Part shown: piece after piece, positions 9,260-19,222 of the stretch | How positions within the stretch are numbered: the first letter of the stretch is position 1 | Layout of the letters: each line of letters opens with the position of its first letter | IMG/VR virus record: IMGVR_UViG_3300042973_000021 | Location: 1-64,000 of that record | Source of the DNA: a virus | Lineage: Duplodnaviria > Caudoviricetes | Reading direction: 5' to 3' (one strand) | DNA: 64,000 nt | Notes under the pieces: generated by a model | The model's database searches: none | Seen by the model: only the letters and a program-made list of their open reading frames with translations | Told to the model about the DNA's origin: nothing | Position numbers and translations under genes: made by a program

Positions 9260-10633
9260 TTAAATCAGATCGATGAACCGCGTCTCGGTCGTGCCGTCCT
9301 CATACTCGAAGGTCACCTCTACGCCGACCTGTCCGTTGTCGCCCATCTTGAGATCATCGGACGCGATCTGGCAGGAGAAGGTGTAGCTGTCGCGGTTTGC
9401 CGGAGTGACGGTCTGCGTCAGGCTTTTCGTCGTATTGAGCGCTCCTTCGCACTTGAAGGATGCCGTGCCGGATACGCCGTTTTCAGTATCGACTTCAAAA
9501 CCGGAGTTCTCCCAGTAGTTGAGACCTGAATCCGCGCGGGAATTGCGCAGGTGGTTGAACGGCACGAGGTCTTTCATCTCCTGGCTGTCGACGAGGTCAG
9601 CGCCGGAGAGCATGTCCGCTGTGGCGTCCCACTGCGAGGAGGAGTCGCCGAGTTCCCTGAGTGTGGTGGACAGCTCCAGAACAGTATTCCACGGCTCGAG
9701 CAGGTTGTATTCCCGGCGGACGATGCGCGTCTTGACGCTGATGTTCAGTTCATCGTCTTTTACCGTCACGATGTCGCCGAGCTTCCAGCTTTCGTGTTCA
9801 TAGCCTGTCAGCACAGACAAATCCATCGCGTTCAGCACATAGGAAATCCTCGGCGCGGCGTAATCCGCAAGCCGCATCTCGGCGTACTCCAGCATCTGAT
9901 ACGGATTCGTGAAGTTCGAGCAATCCAGAGTAGAAACTCTTATCTCGTTCGTGTAGGTCGTGTCCTCCACATATTCCTTGCCGTCGTTGATGGACGCGAA
10001 CGTCATGCCGTCCTTGCCGTAGGCATAGAGCCGGGTGATAAGGCTCTGCGTGTCGATCACGCGCTTGATGGACTTCATGTTCTTCTTGTAGCAGAACAGC
10101 GCTCCGGAGTCCGTGCCGCTGAACGTCAGCAGGCTCACGGTCTTGTTGGCGTTGTCGAAAATCAGATCGCCGCCATGCAGGTCCTGCACTTTCCGCAGAA
10201 TCGCCAGAGCGTTCTTCTCCTGACAAGTCCATGTACGCTTGGTGCGCTTATTGACGGTTCCGACCGTCCAGCCGGTGTCCTGCAGTGCGTACGCCATCGG
10301 CACGTCAGCGGTATCCGCGTTGAAGGTGATCTCGGCTTTCTTGGTCGAGAATCCAAGGTCATAGAAGGCAGCCTCGGCATACACCGAGGTAATCGCCGTT
10401 CCCTGTTCGTTTTTCTCGTCCGTAATCGTCCGAATGCGGTAGGTGTCATCGCCGACCTTGACCTGCTTCTCGTTCTCCAGATACTTGCGCTTCTCGTCCC
10501 GGAAGGGCAGGTTGAACTCGAGCGTGTCGATGCCGTTGATCTCGCCCGTGATGATCACGTCATAGGCGTTCTCAAGTACGGCTTCCGCGTTGCCGTTCAG
10601 ATCGAGAACGGTCAGTAATTTCTTGTCCGCCAT
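9260..10633 (-). CDS. Tail protein (Tal/prophage tail endopeptidase-like minor structural protein)
   Basis: Position after Dit. ITRLYAYGKDG and LGDIVTVKD motifs, C-terminal partial carbohydrate-binding-like segment. Confidence 0.8.
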   Translation of the reverse strand: MADKKLLTVLDLNGNAEAVLENAYDVIITGEINGIDTLEFNLPFRDEKRKYLENEKQVKVGDDTYRIRTITDEKNEQGTAITSVYAEAAFYDLGFSTKKAEITFNADTADVPMAYALQDTGWTVGTVNKRTKRTWTCQEKNALAILRKVQDLHGGDLIFDNANKTVSLLTFSGTDSGALFCYKKNMKSIKRVIDTQSLITRLYAYGKDGMTFASINDGKEYVEDTTYTNEIRVSTLDCSNFTNPYQMLEYAEMRLADYAAPRISYVLNAMDLSVLTGYEHESWKLGDIVTVKDDELNISVKTRIVRREYNLLEPWNTVLELSTTLRELGDSSSQWDATADMLSGADLVDSQEMKDLVPFNHLRNSRADSGLNYWENSGFEVDTENGVSGTASFKCEGALNTTKSLTQTVTPANRDSYTFSCQIASDDLKMGDNGQVGVEVTFEYEDGTTETRFIDLI

Positions 10634-10637
10634 GCAA

Positions 10638-12542
10638 TCACCTCCATCTGCTGCGGGCCTGTATCGTCAGTTTCTTGAATGCGGATTCGCCGGGCGTCGA
10701 CAATGCGATGCTTTTTACCGTTGGCGTTGCCGATGAATCCGCTGTGGCAAGCGTCAGCCGGAACTTGATGTACTTTGCGGAATCCGACTGCACGGTGTTG
10801 TCTGCACCAAGCGCCGTCCAGTTATTCCATGTCGTGAAATCGTCCGATGTGGAAGTCTCGACCGTCACGCTTGTTCCTGTTGGTGTATCGGCTGTCAGAG
10901 TGACGTAGCATTTCCCGGTTATCCCGTATTCCACTGCGGCGGTCGTGAAATATCCGCTTGTCGCGTAGGCTCCGCTTGAGGCCTTGAGTGTGACCGCATT
11001 TTCTGTCGTCAGCCCGTCGACATCTGCCGTGGAATCCGCGGCGTTGCAAGTGAGGGATTCCTGAAACCAGAGCGCGATGTCATCTGCAGTCAGGCTGGAA
11101 TCGCAGCTGAGGAACCAGTCGTCGAAATTCCCGGCGTACCAGTAGGTGTCAGCGTGCATTCCCCAGATGAGGTCTGCTGTGCAGGAGCGGTTGAGTTCTC
11201 CCGTGAAGCTGACCGCGTCGGATACCCATACCTCGCCGGAACTTCTGCTGCCAAGCACATACTGCGCGGTCTTGTCGTCCGGTTTTATCACCGCCGCGAT
11301 AAAGTACCACAGTCCGTTGGTGAGCGTGAACGACGGCGTAAAGTCCTGATCGAGGATCAGTGTTCCTGACGAGTTGTACAGCATCAGGCGCGGCTTGCCG
11401 GAATGCAGCGACAGGTAGAATATCGGGTTGCCGCTTCCCTGACGGGTGTTGAGCAGCGGGCAGAACGTGTTTCCGACTGAGTAGGTCGTGGGCATGAACC
11501 ATCCGCCAACCGCTATTGTCTTTCCAATCGAGGAAAACATCGTTCCGTCGTTTGAAACCTTGAGATAGGTTTTCTCGCTGGTCGGGTTGTTGATATTCAT
11601 GCGGAAAGACCTGCCGAGATGTCCCGCCTGCAATGAAGCGGTGGTTCCGCTCCATCCGCTGATAGATGCCTTCCTATCTTTTCCTGATGAATCCGCAAGG
11701 CATGTGTCCGAGTCCGGCGCGGATTCGTTGAACCGCCACAGGCCGTCCGCTCCCCATGATGCGGGAACCTGCCCGGTGAACTTGTCCTGCGTATTCAGCG
11801 TCTGCACGGTAACTTCGGTTGTGCTGTCGGCTTCGATGGTTATCGTGTTCGCGCCGACCTTGAGCGCCGGGAAGTCGAGACTTTCCAGCAGCGGCAGGCC
11901 GTTGCGGAGCGTATTGCCGTCCGCATCAGTTACTTTTGCCGTCATGAGCGAGGAGTCGATAACCAGAACCTCATCTTCGTTGAGAACGCCGTCAATCTTG
12001 AGACTCTTGCCATTCGTTGTGATGACCGCGTTTTTGCCCTTGGCGAGATCCGCTACAAGGGAATAAACCGGCAGGGAGTCCGCGTTGCCGAGCGTCCGGT
12101 TCAGCGAAAATGTCCCGGCTTCTGTAATCTCGAACGTCTCGTCGTTTTCCGCGTAGGCGTATGGATCTGGACAGAGAAACGTCAGGTCAAATGTGGAGGA
12201 GTTCCGCACGACCTTGTCGAATGAGAACCCGCTCTCGAGCCTTGCCCGGTAGACGCGGTTCGGCTCCTTGTCGAGAATCAGGTCGCACAGTCCGATGTCC
12301 GGATTGAGCCACGCGATGATCTCGTCCTTGCGGGCAAGGAAGTCCTCGTCGGATTTGCCGGGAGGGATGAAGCAGGATATTTCGATCTTGCGCTCGCCGA
12401 TGGTTTCTCCGAAGTCGAACACTCCTTCGCGTCCGGGAACGGTGATCGTGTTGTTGGTGAAGTCCGGCATGCGGTTTTCTTTTGTCATTCTGGTGGCCAA
12501 GCCGAAGCTCTGGCTCGTTTTCCCGTTGAATTTGAATCCCAT
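10638..12542 (-). CDS. Distal tail protein (Dit) with inserted LamG/ConA-like domain
   Basis: Dit N-terminus (FKFNG, VPGREG, FLCPDPYAY), LWRFNE...WYFIAAV...GNFDD lectin-like insert, C-terminal RWR. Confidence 0.8.
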   Translation of the reverse strand: MGFKFNGKTSQSFGLATRMTKENRMPDFTNNTITVPGREGVFDFGETIGERKIEISCFIPPGKSDEDFLARKDEIIAWLNPDIGLCDLILDKEPNRVYRARLESGFSFDKVVRNSSTFDLTFLCPDPYAYAENDETFEITEAGTFSLNRTLGNADSLPVYSLVADLAKGKNAVITTNGKSLKIDGVLNEDEVLVIDSSLMTAKVTDADGNTLRNGLPLLESLDFPALKVGANTITIEADSTTEVTVQTLNTQDKFTGQVPASWGADGLWRFNESAPDSDTCLADSSGKDRKASISGWSGTTASLQAGHLGRSFRMNINNPTSEKTYLKVSNDGTMFSSIGKTIAVGGWFMPTTYSVGNTFCPLLNTRQGSGNPIFYLSLHSGKPRLMLYNSSGTLILDQDFTPSFTLTNGLWYFIAAVIKPDDKTAQYVLGSRSSGEVWVSDAVSFTGELNRSCTADLIWGMHADTYWYAGNFDDWFLSCDSSLTADDIALWFQESLTCNAADSTADVDGLTTENAVTLKASSGAYATSGYFTTAAVEYGITGKCYVTLTADTPTGTSVTVETSTSDDFTTWNNWTALGADNTVQSDSAKYIKFRLTLATADSSATPTVKSIALSTPGESAFKKLTIQARSRWR

Positions 12543-15397
12543 TAGATCACCGATCCTTTCGCGCGTCTGCTGCCGACAAGCAGGGTGTTGAGCTGCTGAG
12601 AAATCTTCCGGATATCGTCGTCGCTGCGGACGCTCATGGTTTCGATGTTGATGAGCGGGCCGGAGTATCCGGCGGTCTCGCTGACGGCGTCGCGGATCAT
12701 GTTTTTGAGGCTGTTCACGCCGACTACGGCTTCATCGCCTGCTTCGCCTCCGCCGAGGAGCGTGCCTCCGGACTGTCCGAAGATCGTCGCGTCCTTGAGG
12801 ATCATGCCGCCGTCCATCGCCTTCTTGTACCAGGAGACGGAGAAATGCGGAATGCTCGGCGGATTCAGGCTGAACGAGCCGGAAACCGAGAAATGCGGGA
12901 GCTTGATTTTCGGCAGGCTCCACTTAAAGTTGAACACACCTTTCAGCTTGTTCACGACGCCGGAGACAAAACTCCATATGTTATTGAACACGCTCGTAAA
13001 CGTCGACTTGATGCCGTTCAGGATTCCGCTGATCGTGCTTTTAATCGCGTTGAATGCGGATGTGATCCCGGACTTCATCGCGTTCACGACGCTCATCACA
13101 GCAGACTTTATGCCGTTCCATACACTCGTAGCGACTGACTTTATCCCGTTGAACACGGTCGAGGTCACCGTCTTTATCCCGTTCCACGCGGTCGTGACAG
13201 CGGTCTTGATGCCATTCACCACAGTCGTAATCGCGGTCTTAATTGCATTCCAGATTGTGGTGACGACAGTCTGTATGGCGGTGCAGACGGTAGAAATCAC
13301 CGTCTTTATCGCGTTCCATATTGTTGTCACTACGGTCTGAATAGCTGTGAGAACTGTGGTGATGACAGTCTTGTAGATGTTGAAATAAGTCGTTACTACA
13401 GTCTGAATCGCCGTAAATATCATCGTGAAGAATGTCTTTATGCCGTTCCACACGGTCTGAATCACCGTGCTGATGGCATTCATCACGGTTGTGACGACGG
13501 ACTGGATTCCGTTCCACGCGCCGGAGAGGAAGCTGCTGATGCCGTTCACCGCGGAGGTAAATACACCGCTGATGGCTGTCCATATGGTCGTGAAAAAGTC
13601 CTTGATCGCCGTCCAGACGGTTATCGCGACTTCCTTGATGTTGTCCCAGAGATTAATCCAGAAGTTTCTGAAGCTCTCGCAGTTGTTCCACAGATAGATG
13701 AACGCCGCGACGAGCAGTCCGATTGCTGTAATAATCAACCCGATAGGATTTGCCGCCATCACGCCGTTCAAAGCCGCCATGCCGCCCTTGACCACATTGA
13801 TTGCGGACACGATCTTCGGCGCGAGCGTCATCAGCGCTCCGACTCCGGTCGCCATCTTGCCGACGACAATCAGCACAGGACCGATGGCCGCGACGATTGC
13901 CGTGATGGTCAGGATCATTTTCTGCGTCGCAGGGTCCATGTCCATGATGGCGTTCATCACGTCGATGATCTTCTCCATCAGGCTCTGGAACGCGGGAGCG
14001 ACCGCCTGACCGATGGTGACGGTCAGCACATCGAAGGTGGATTTGAGCTGCTCGATCGTGCCGCCGGTACCCGACATCAGGGCGTTCGACATGTTCTCCG
14101 CCGAGCCGCCGCAGTCGTCAAGCGCGTTGCGCAAGGAACTTACTTCCGAGGGCGATGTCTGGATCAGGGTGAGCCACTTACTCATCTGGTTCTTGCCGAA
14201 GATATTAGCCGCTGCCTCGAGCTTCTCCTGATCGGTCAGCCCGGAGAAGGCGGAGTTCAGGTTCGCCAGCACGGTCGGCATGTCCTTGAGCGTGCCATTT
14301 TCGTTGAAGATGGCGTAAGTCTGTCCGGTAGAAAGGCCGAGCTGATCCATTGCGGTCGCGCCTTCCTTGGCGGGAGAAGCGAGACGCGCGAGTCCTGTTT
14401 TCAGAGCGTTCGCGCCCTCAGAACCGCTGATGCCCGCGTTGCCGAATACATCGGTAATCGTCGCGAGGTCCTTCACGTCCCATCCGACGGTTTTGCAGAT
14501 AGGGCCTGCGACGGACATGGCTTCAAAAAGCTCTGAGGTTGTGGTGTTCGCCTGCGCCTGCGCCTTGGCGAGAACGTCCGCATAGTTTGCAGCTTCCGAA
14601 GAATCTGCGCCGAACATCTTCATAGAATTTCCGAGACCGCTCGTCACTTCCGACAGGTCAGTTCCGGTACCGGCGGCGAGGTTCATGGCAGGCGTCAGCA
14701 TGTCAGTTGCTTCCTTTGCGGTGAAGCCCTGACGGGCGAAGTTCAGTGTCGCGTCGGCTGCGTCCTGCATGCCGTAAACCGAGTTCTTCGCAGAGGTGCC
14801 GATCTGGTCCCAGAGTCCCTCGAAATCCTCTGCGGAGTTTGCCGTGTCGCCCATTGTCTGCTTGACGAGGTTGAACTGCTTGTCCACATCGCCGTAAGCG
14901 GTGACGGCGGCAGTTGCTCCGGCTACGACGGGAGCGGTGAAGCCCATCGTCATTTTCGTCCCGGCGCTCGAGAGCGATTCGCCGACGGATTTGACCTTCT
15001 CGCCAGCCGCCGCGATTTTCTGCGCGGAGACGGAGCCGAAGTTCTCGTATTCTTTGGTCAGGCTCTTGAGATCCTGCTCGGTCTCGACGATTTCGCGCTG
15101 AAGCGCGTCGTATTGCGACTGGCTCATGTCGCCGTTGGCAAGCGCCTGATCAGCCTGCTTCGCCGCTTCCTTGAGCGCTTCGAGACGCTCCTTGGTAGCG
15201 ACGATTTCTGTCTGGAGCCCTTTCTGCTTCTGGGAGAGGAGTTCCGTGTTGCCGGGATCGAGCTTCAAGAGCTTGTTCACGTCCCGCAGGCTTTTCTGCG
15301 TATTCGATATCTGTTTGTCGACCGATTTGAGCGATTCGGTCAGCTTGGTGGTGTCGCCGCCGATTTCGACAGTGATGCCTTTTATTCTGTTCGCCAT
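12542..15397 (-). CDS. Tail tape measure protein (TP901-like core)
   Basis: MANRIKGITVEIGGDTT start, TP901 core, Trp-spaced amphipathic repeats. Confidence 0.93.
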   Translation of the reverse strand: MANRIKGITVEIGGDTTKLTESLKSVDKQISNTQKSLRDVNKLLKLDPGNTELLSQKQKGLQTEIVATKERLEALKEAAKQADQALANGDMSQSQYDALQREIVETEQDLKSLTKEYENFGSVSAQKIAAAGEKVKSVGESLSSAGTKMTMGFTAPVVAGATAAVTAYGDVDKQFNLVKQTMGDTANSAEDFEGLWDQIGTSAKNSVYGMQDAADATLNFARQGFTAKEATDMLTPAMNLAAGTGTDLSEVTSGLGNSMKMFGADSSEAANYADVLAKAQAQANTTTSELFEAMSVAGPICKTVGWDVKDLATITDVFGNAGISGSEGANALKTGLARLASPAKEGATAMDQLGLSTGQTYAIFNENGTLKDMPTVLANLNSAFSGLTDQEKLEAAANIFGKNQMSKWLTLIQTSPSEVSSLRNALDDCGGSAENMSNALMSGTGGTIEQLKSTFDVLTVTIGQAVAPAFQSLMEKIIDVMNAIMDMDPATQKMILTITAIVAAIGPVLIVVGKMATGVGALMTLAPKIVSAINVVKGGMAALNGVMAANPIGLIITAIGLLVAAFIYLWNNCESFRNFWINLWDNIKEVAITVWTAIKDFFTTIWTAISGVFTSAVNGISSFLSGAWNGIQSVVTTVMNAISTVIQTVWNGIKTFFTMIFTAIQTVVTTYFNIYKTVITTVLTAIQTVVTTIWNAIKTVISTVCTAIQTVVTTIWNAIKTAITTVVNGIKTAVTTAWNGIKTVTSTVFNGIKSVATSVWNGIKSAVMSVVNAMKSGITSAFNAIKSTISGILNGIKSTFTSVFNNIWSFVSGVVNKLKGVFNFKWSLPKIKLPHFSVSGSFSLNPPSIPHFSVSWYKKAMDGGMILKDATIFGQSGGTLLGGGEAGDEAVVGVNSLKNMIRDAVSETAGYSGPLINIETMSVRSDDDIRKISQQLNTLLVGSRRAKGSVI

Positions 15398-15415
15398 GCG
15401 GATTCCTCCTTCCCA

Positions 15416-15580
15416 TTAAAATCTGTCCATCATTTCCTGCGTCGCGATTTCCGGGTAGTCCCAGTCGTCGTTGCTCATCTCCGCGTACATGTCGTTGACA
15501 GTGCCGATGGTCAGCAGGTCAAGCTCCGAGATATGAAGTCCGATCTGCACGCAGCGCAAAAGAAAGAGCGGGGTTGTCAT
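15416..15580 (-). CDS. Tail assembly chaperone frameshift extension (gpT-like)
   Basis: Not in the ORF track. MTTPLFLLRCVQIGLHISELDLLTIGTVNDMYAEMSNDDWDYPEIATQEMMDRF, open in the -1 frame back to the A8 tract at 15602-15609. Confidence 0.75.
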   Translation of the reverse strand: MTTPLFLLRCVQIGLHISELDLLTIGTVNDMYAEMSNDDWDYPEIATQEMMDRF

Positions 15581-15954
15581 TTCCCGCTCTGTCGCGTGAG
15601 GTTTTTTTTAGCGGAAACCTGCTGCTCCGTGTTGATTCCCCACAGCTCGATAATCTGCGGGAGAACCTCGTAAATCGAGAATGTGTTGAAGCTGTCGAGC
15701 CATTCCTCCGGCGTATCCGGCACGTCCTTGTCGGCGTGCTTTGCCATCAGCCACGCGATGTTCTCGAAAAGCTCCAGCGAGAAGGTGTCCAGATTCGAGC
15801 TTTCCGAATCGTTCTCGCTGATGCCTTTCTGCAGCTCATTCAGATCCCGGTAGATGTCCCTGTGGAACTTGTTCCGGTACAGACGCGGTATCGCAGCCGA
15901 CGCTCTGAAAGTCACCGGCTGCCCGTCAATTTCTATTGTCTTTGTCACTGCCAT
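15577..15954 (-). CDS. Tail assembly chaperone (gpG-like)
   Basis: Between the major tail and tape measure genes. Ends with slippery T-AAA-AAA-AAC. Confidence 0.8.
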   Translation of the reverse strand: MAVTKTIEIDGQPVTFRASAAIPRLYRNKFHRDIYRDLNELQKGISENDSESSNLDTFSLELFENIAWLMAKHADKDVPDTPEEWLDSFNTFSIYEVLPQIIELWGINTEQQVSAKKNLTRQSGK

Positions 15955-15957
15955 CGC

Positions 15958-16593
15958 TTACTCCTCCTCAGTGCTGTAGCTCGTACTTGCCTTTGCGCCG
16001 GACGAAGTGCCAGAGCCTGCTGCGGTGTCGCTCGGCTCGTAGACCTTGTCGTACCAGGCGTTGTAAACAGACTCGGATGTGTTCGAGCCGGTCTTGACCT
16101 TCACAAGGCCTGACGGAAGCGGAGAAACCGTGATGGAAAGGGTGTCGGTCTGTACCTCGGTAGAGTCCTCCTTGGTCTGACCGGAAACGGACGGCCTTGT
16201 CGCGGAGCAGTAGTACATGCAGTGGCGGATCTTCCTCTGGTCGCCGGAAAACTCGAACAGCAGCGCGAAATGCTCCGGCTCCACATCCTTGTTCTCTGCA
16301 ATCACGCCGTTCGCGTCCTCGGTCTCGTGCATCACGTCCGTGAGGAAGCTCTCCGGAATGAGCGCCAGCTCGAAGTCGCCGGAGTACCCGTTGTTGTTCG
16401 ACACCATGTAGTAAACCGTGTCGTCGGCGTAGAACGGCTCGTTGTCGCCCTCGGCGTCAAGCGAAAGGCTGACCGCGCCGGGCATCGCCACAGGCGTGCC
16501 GAATGTCACGGTGCCGTCCTCGGCGAGCGTCGCGATGGCGTAGTGGCAGTTCTTCAGGCCGAACTTGACCTTGTTCTTCTTGGTAGTAGCCAT
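15958..16593 (-). CDS. Major tail protein (phi13 family)
   Basis: NKVKFGLKN, PGAVSLSL, FYADD and FALLFEF motifs. Confidence 0.9.
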   Translation of the reverse strand: MATTKKNKVKFGLKNCHYAIATLAEDGTVTFGTPVAMPGAVSLSLDAEGDNEPFYADDTVYYMVSNNNGYSGDFELALIPESFLTDVMHETEDANGVIAENKDVEPEHFALLFEFSGDQRKIRHCMYYCSATRPSVSGQTKEDSTEVQTDTLSITVSPLPSGLVKVKTGSNTSESVYNAWYDKVYEPSDTAAGSGTSSGAKASTSYSTEEE

Positions 16594-16598
16594 ATTCT

Positions 16599-16934
16599 TT
16601 AACCTCCAATAATCTGTGTCTGGTAAAGCACCTCGTACATCTTTTCGTCCTCGATCCAGACCTCCGACTTCTCATAGGGAAGCTCATGCGCGGTCAGGAT
16701 GGATTCGATTTTCGATTCGATGTCCGGGTCCTTTTTGTCTGTATAAAGCTCGATGTTCAGCTCGTCGACCTTCTGCCAGACCACGTTGTCCGCGAACATG
16801 TTGTCCGTTCCCGGAAACAGAAAGCAGATGAACGGCGGGTCTGGAGACTCGCCCTCGGCGAAGTGGTCGTAGGCGACGGGAAGTCCGGCTTCCTCGAGCA
16901 TGGTTACAACTTCGTCGTAGCTCATGGGCGTCAT
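16599..16934 (-). CDS. Tail completion/terminator-like protein
   Basis: Synteny. AYDHF..PPFI..ELYTDKKD motifs. Confidence 0.7.
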   Translation of the reverse strand: MTPMSYDEVVTMLEEAGLPVAYDHFAEGESPDPPFICFLFPGTDNMFADNVVWQKVDELNIELYTDKKDPDIESKIESILTAHELPYEKSEVWIEDEKMYEVLYQTQIIGG

Positions 16935-17311
16935 CCTTTCAGCTTCTGCTGGATTTCGCGCACCAGCTTCTCGTTGCCTGCCTGCTCGGCAGGTGCGATA
17001 TGCGGTCTTGCAGCGACTCTGCCTCCGCCGCGCTTGGCGTGGCCATGCTCCAGCAGATGCGCAATCTGGTAGCGGTTCCGGGAATGCACCACCATGTCGA
17101 GGGAGTCCGCGCTTTCGCTGACTGTCTTGACCGACCACGACTTCTTGTACTTGCCGGTACGCACAGGAACGTTTGCCTGTATGTCCTTGCGGACGGATTT
17201 TGCGGTGTCCCTGACCGCGTCCTTCATATCGTCCGCGGCAAGGTCGGCGTACTCCCGCAGGCCTTTCATCACAGCGTCGCGCAGGCCGTCGATTGATACC
17301 TTCTCGTTCAT
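16931..17311 (-). CDS. HK97 gp10-family neck protein
   Basis: PVRTGKY..SW, HLLEHGH and ARPHIAPA motifs. Confidence 0.85.
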   Translation of the reverse strand: MNEKVSIDGLRDAVMKGLREYADLAADDMKDAVRDTAKSVRKDIQANVPVRTGKYKKSWSVKTVSESADSLDMVVHSRNRYQIAHLLEHGHAKRGGGRVAARPHIAPAEQAGNEKLVREIQQKLKG

Positions 17312-17643
17312 GTCGTTTTCTCCAATGCGCAGTTGAATTTGATGGAATTCTTCTTATAGCCCATCGGGTTCACATAGGTGATGTTGTACGTTTTGCCTTC
17401 CGCGAGAATCCGGTACTTGGTGGAGACGACCTCGGCAAGCTCAGAACACCAGCGGCATGTGAAGTTCAGCGATTCCTCCGGGTTGACGACCTCGCCGGAG
17501 GTCTCCGAGCCGTAGGAGTCTGTGCCGACCGTCGCCCAGCACTTGAAGTAATCCGTCCAGGTCGCGGTGTGGTTGCCGTACTTGTCCGATGTGACCGTGT
17601 TCTTCTGGAATGTGACCGGCACGCGCATGCTGGCGATCTTCAT
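17308..17643 (-). CDS. Head closure/head-tail adaptor protein
   Basis: Synteny. DKYGN..W..CWA, FTCRW and YNI motifs. Confidence 0.8.
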   Translation of the reverse strand: MKIASMRVPVTFQKNTVTSDKYGNHTATWTDYFKCWATVGTDSYGSETSGEVVNPEESLNFTCRWCSELAEVVSTKYRILAEGKTYNITYVNPMGYKKNSIKFNCALEKTT

Positions 17644-17930
17644 CAGAATCCCTCCTTGCGTATGCCGAACAGAAGCGCCCGGAGCGTCAGGTTCAGCTGG
17701 TTGTGGTCGGCGCCCTCGCGGTGCTCGTACAGGTACGCCACGGTGTAGAGGATGGCGATGCGCATGCGGATGAGGATTTTCTCCTCGCTGGCTTCCCATT
17801 CCTCGTCGCTGTATCTTGCGATGTCCTGCACGGCTGCGGTGGCCGACGTTATGAGATTCTGGATCAGCTCGTCCTCATCGGAAAAACTGACTCGCAGATA
17901 GGTTTTTGCTTCCTCAAGCGTTACTTCCAT
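17643..17930 (-). CDS. Head-tail connector (gp6-like)
   Basis: TLEEAKTYLRV..EDELI..LYEHRE motif. Confidence 0.88.
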   Translation of the reverse strand: MEVTLEEAKTYLRVSFSDEDELIQNLITSATAAVQDIARYSDEEWEASEEKILIRMRIAILYTVAYLYEHREGADHNQLNLTLRALLFGIRKEGF

Positions 17931-17998
17931 GGGACACCTCCAATAAAAGTGAAGCGGACACCCGTAATGGATGCCCGCCTACAACAAAGCAAAATCAA

Positions 17999-19204
17999 TC
18001 AGCCCGCCGCCTTGACGGAAAGACCTCTGACGGCTTCCGGCAGGATCAGCTTGCCGTCCACGCGCTCGGACGCGAGGAATCCGATCTGCCCGTTCGCCGC
18101 GTAAAGCTCGGACAGGCGCTTGAAGCTGCGTCCCTGACGGTCGGCGATCCAGTAGTAGCTGAAGTCTCCGAACAGGATCGGAACATTGCCAGCCGCAAGC
18201 TCCGGCGCGTAAATCGAAGTGCGGTACGGACGGTTGAGAATCGTATCCGGCTGACCGGCTATAACAGACGGCTGCCAGATGTAGTTTCCGTTGCCGTCCT
18301 TGATCTTGCGCAGCGCCTTGACGGTGGAGTCGTTGAGAATCCAGACCGCGCGGTTGCGGTACACGCTTCTCAGGGAGTGGAACACGTCCATGATCTCGTC
18401 GAAGGTGATGTTCGTGTTGGCGATTTCCGTAGTCGCGCCTTCGGTCGCCTTGACCTTGGTGAAGACGCCTTCAGGCTTCTTCTGGCCGTCACCCACAAGG
18501 AACGCCTCCTCCTCGGCAGCGCCGATGCGTCTCGCGAACTCCGTGGAGATGTAGGACTGCAGGTCGAAGACCGAATCGTTCATCAGCTCCTCGGATACCT
18601 TGATCGCCGTTCCCAGCTTGTACGCGGAAAGCGTGATCTGGTCGAAGGTGTCGTCGGATTCCGGATAGAGCCCGTTTTCCTCCATCCATGAAGCGGTGCC
18701 GTGGGAAGCGACAATCGGGATGGTGTGCGTTCCGCTGTCGGTCTGGATGACGTGCGCCAGAGAGCGGAAGAAGTTCTCGTCGGTCAGCGCCTGCACGAGC
18801 GTCTTCTCGTATTCGTCCGGCACGAGATAACCGCCGTTCGCGTCGGTGCCGACCTCCAGAACGTTCTGCACGTCGTACCAGTTGCGCTTGCGGATAGAAT
18901 CCCAGAAGGCAGTCTTGTACGCCTTGCTGCCGATGCCCGGCTTGTCGTCCGGCTCGTCCTTGGCTCCCGGCTTGCCGGTGAGCGGTGCGGAAGTCGGCGC
19001 GGAGAGCATCTTGTCGATCTGCTCCTGACGCTGCAGGCGCTCGATGTCGTGCGTCAGGTCGGTGACTTCCTTTTCCATCTTGTCGTAGGTGGCCGCGTCC
19101 TCCGCGGATACGTTGCCGCCGTTATCGGAGTGGGTGTCGAGAAAGTTCTTAGCTGCGTCCCACGCCTTGGCGCGTCTGTCCATGAGTTCCATAATCTTGG
19201 TCAT
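17999..19204 (-). CDS. Major capsid protein (HK97 family)
   Basis: Coiled-coil delta domain, GGYLVP, KDGNGNYIWQP, FGDFS and RVDGK motifs. Confidence 0.95.
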   Translation of the reverse strand: MTKIMELMDRRAKAWDAAKNFLDTHSDNGGNVSAEDAATYDKMEKEVTDLTHDIERLQRQEQIDKMLSAPTSAPLTGKPGAKDEPDDKPGIGSKAYKTAFWDSIRKRNWYDVQNVLEVGTDANGGYLVPDEYEKTLVQALTDENFFRSLAHVIQTDSGTHTIPIVASHGTASWMEENGLYPESDDTFDQITLSAYKLGTAIKVSEELMNDSVFDLQSYISTEFARRIGAAEEEAFLVGDGQKKPEGVFTKVKATEGATTEIANTNITFDEIMDVFHSLRSVYRNRAVWILNDSTVKALRKIKDGNGNYIWQPSVIAGQPDTILNRPYRTSIYAPELAAGNVPILFGDFSYYWIADRQGRSFKRLSELYAANGQIGFLASERVDGKLILPEAVRGLSVKAAG

Positions 19205-19222
19205 AATAATTTCCTCCATTCA

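Noticed and set aside
12950-13700. Repetitive sequence in the tape measure gene
   Set aside because: Ordinary Trp-spaced amphipathic protein repeats of tape measure proteins, not a DNA repeat array.
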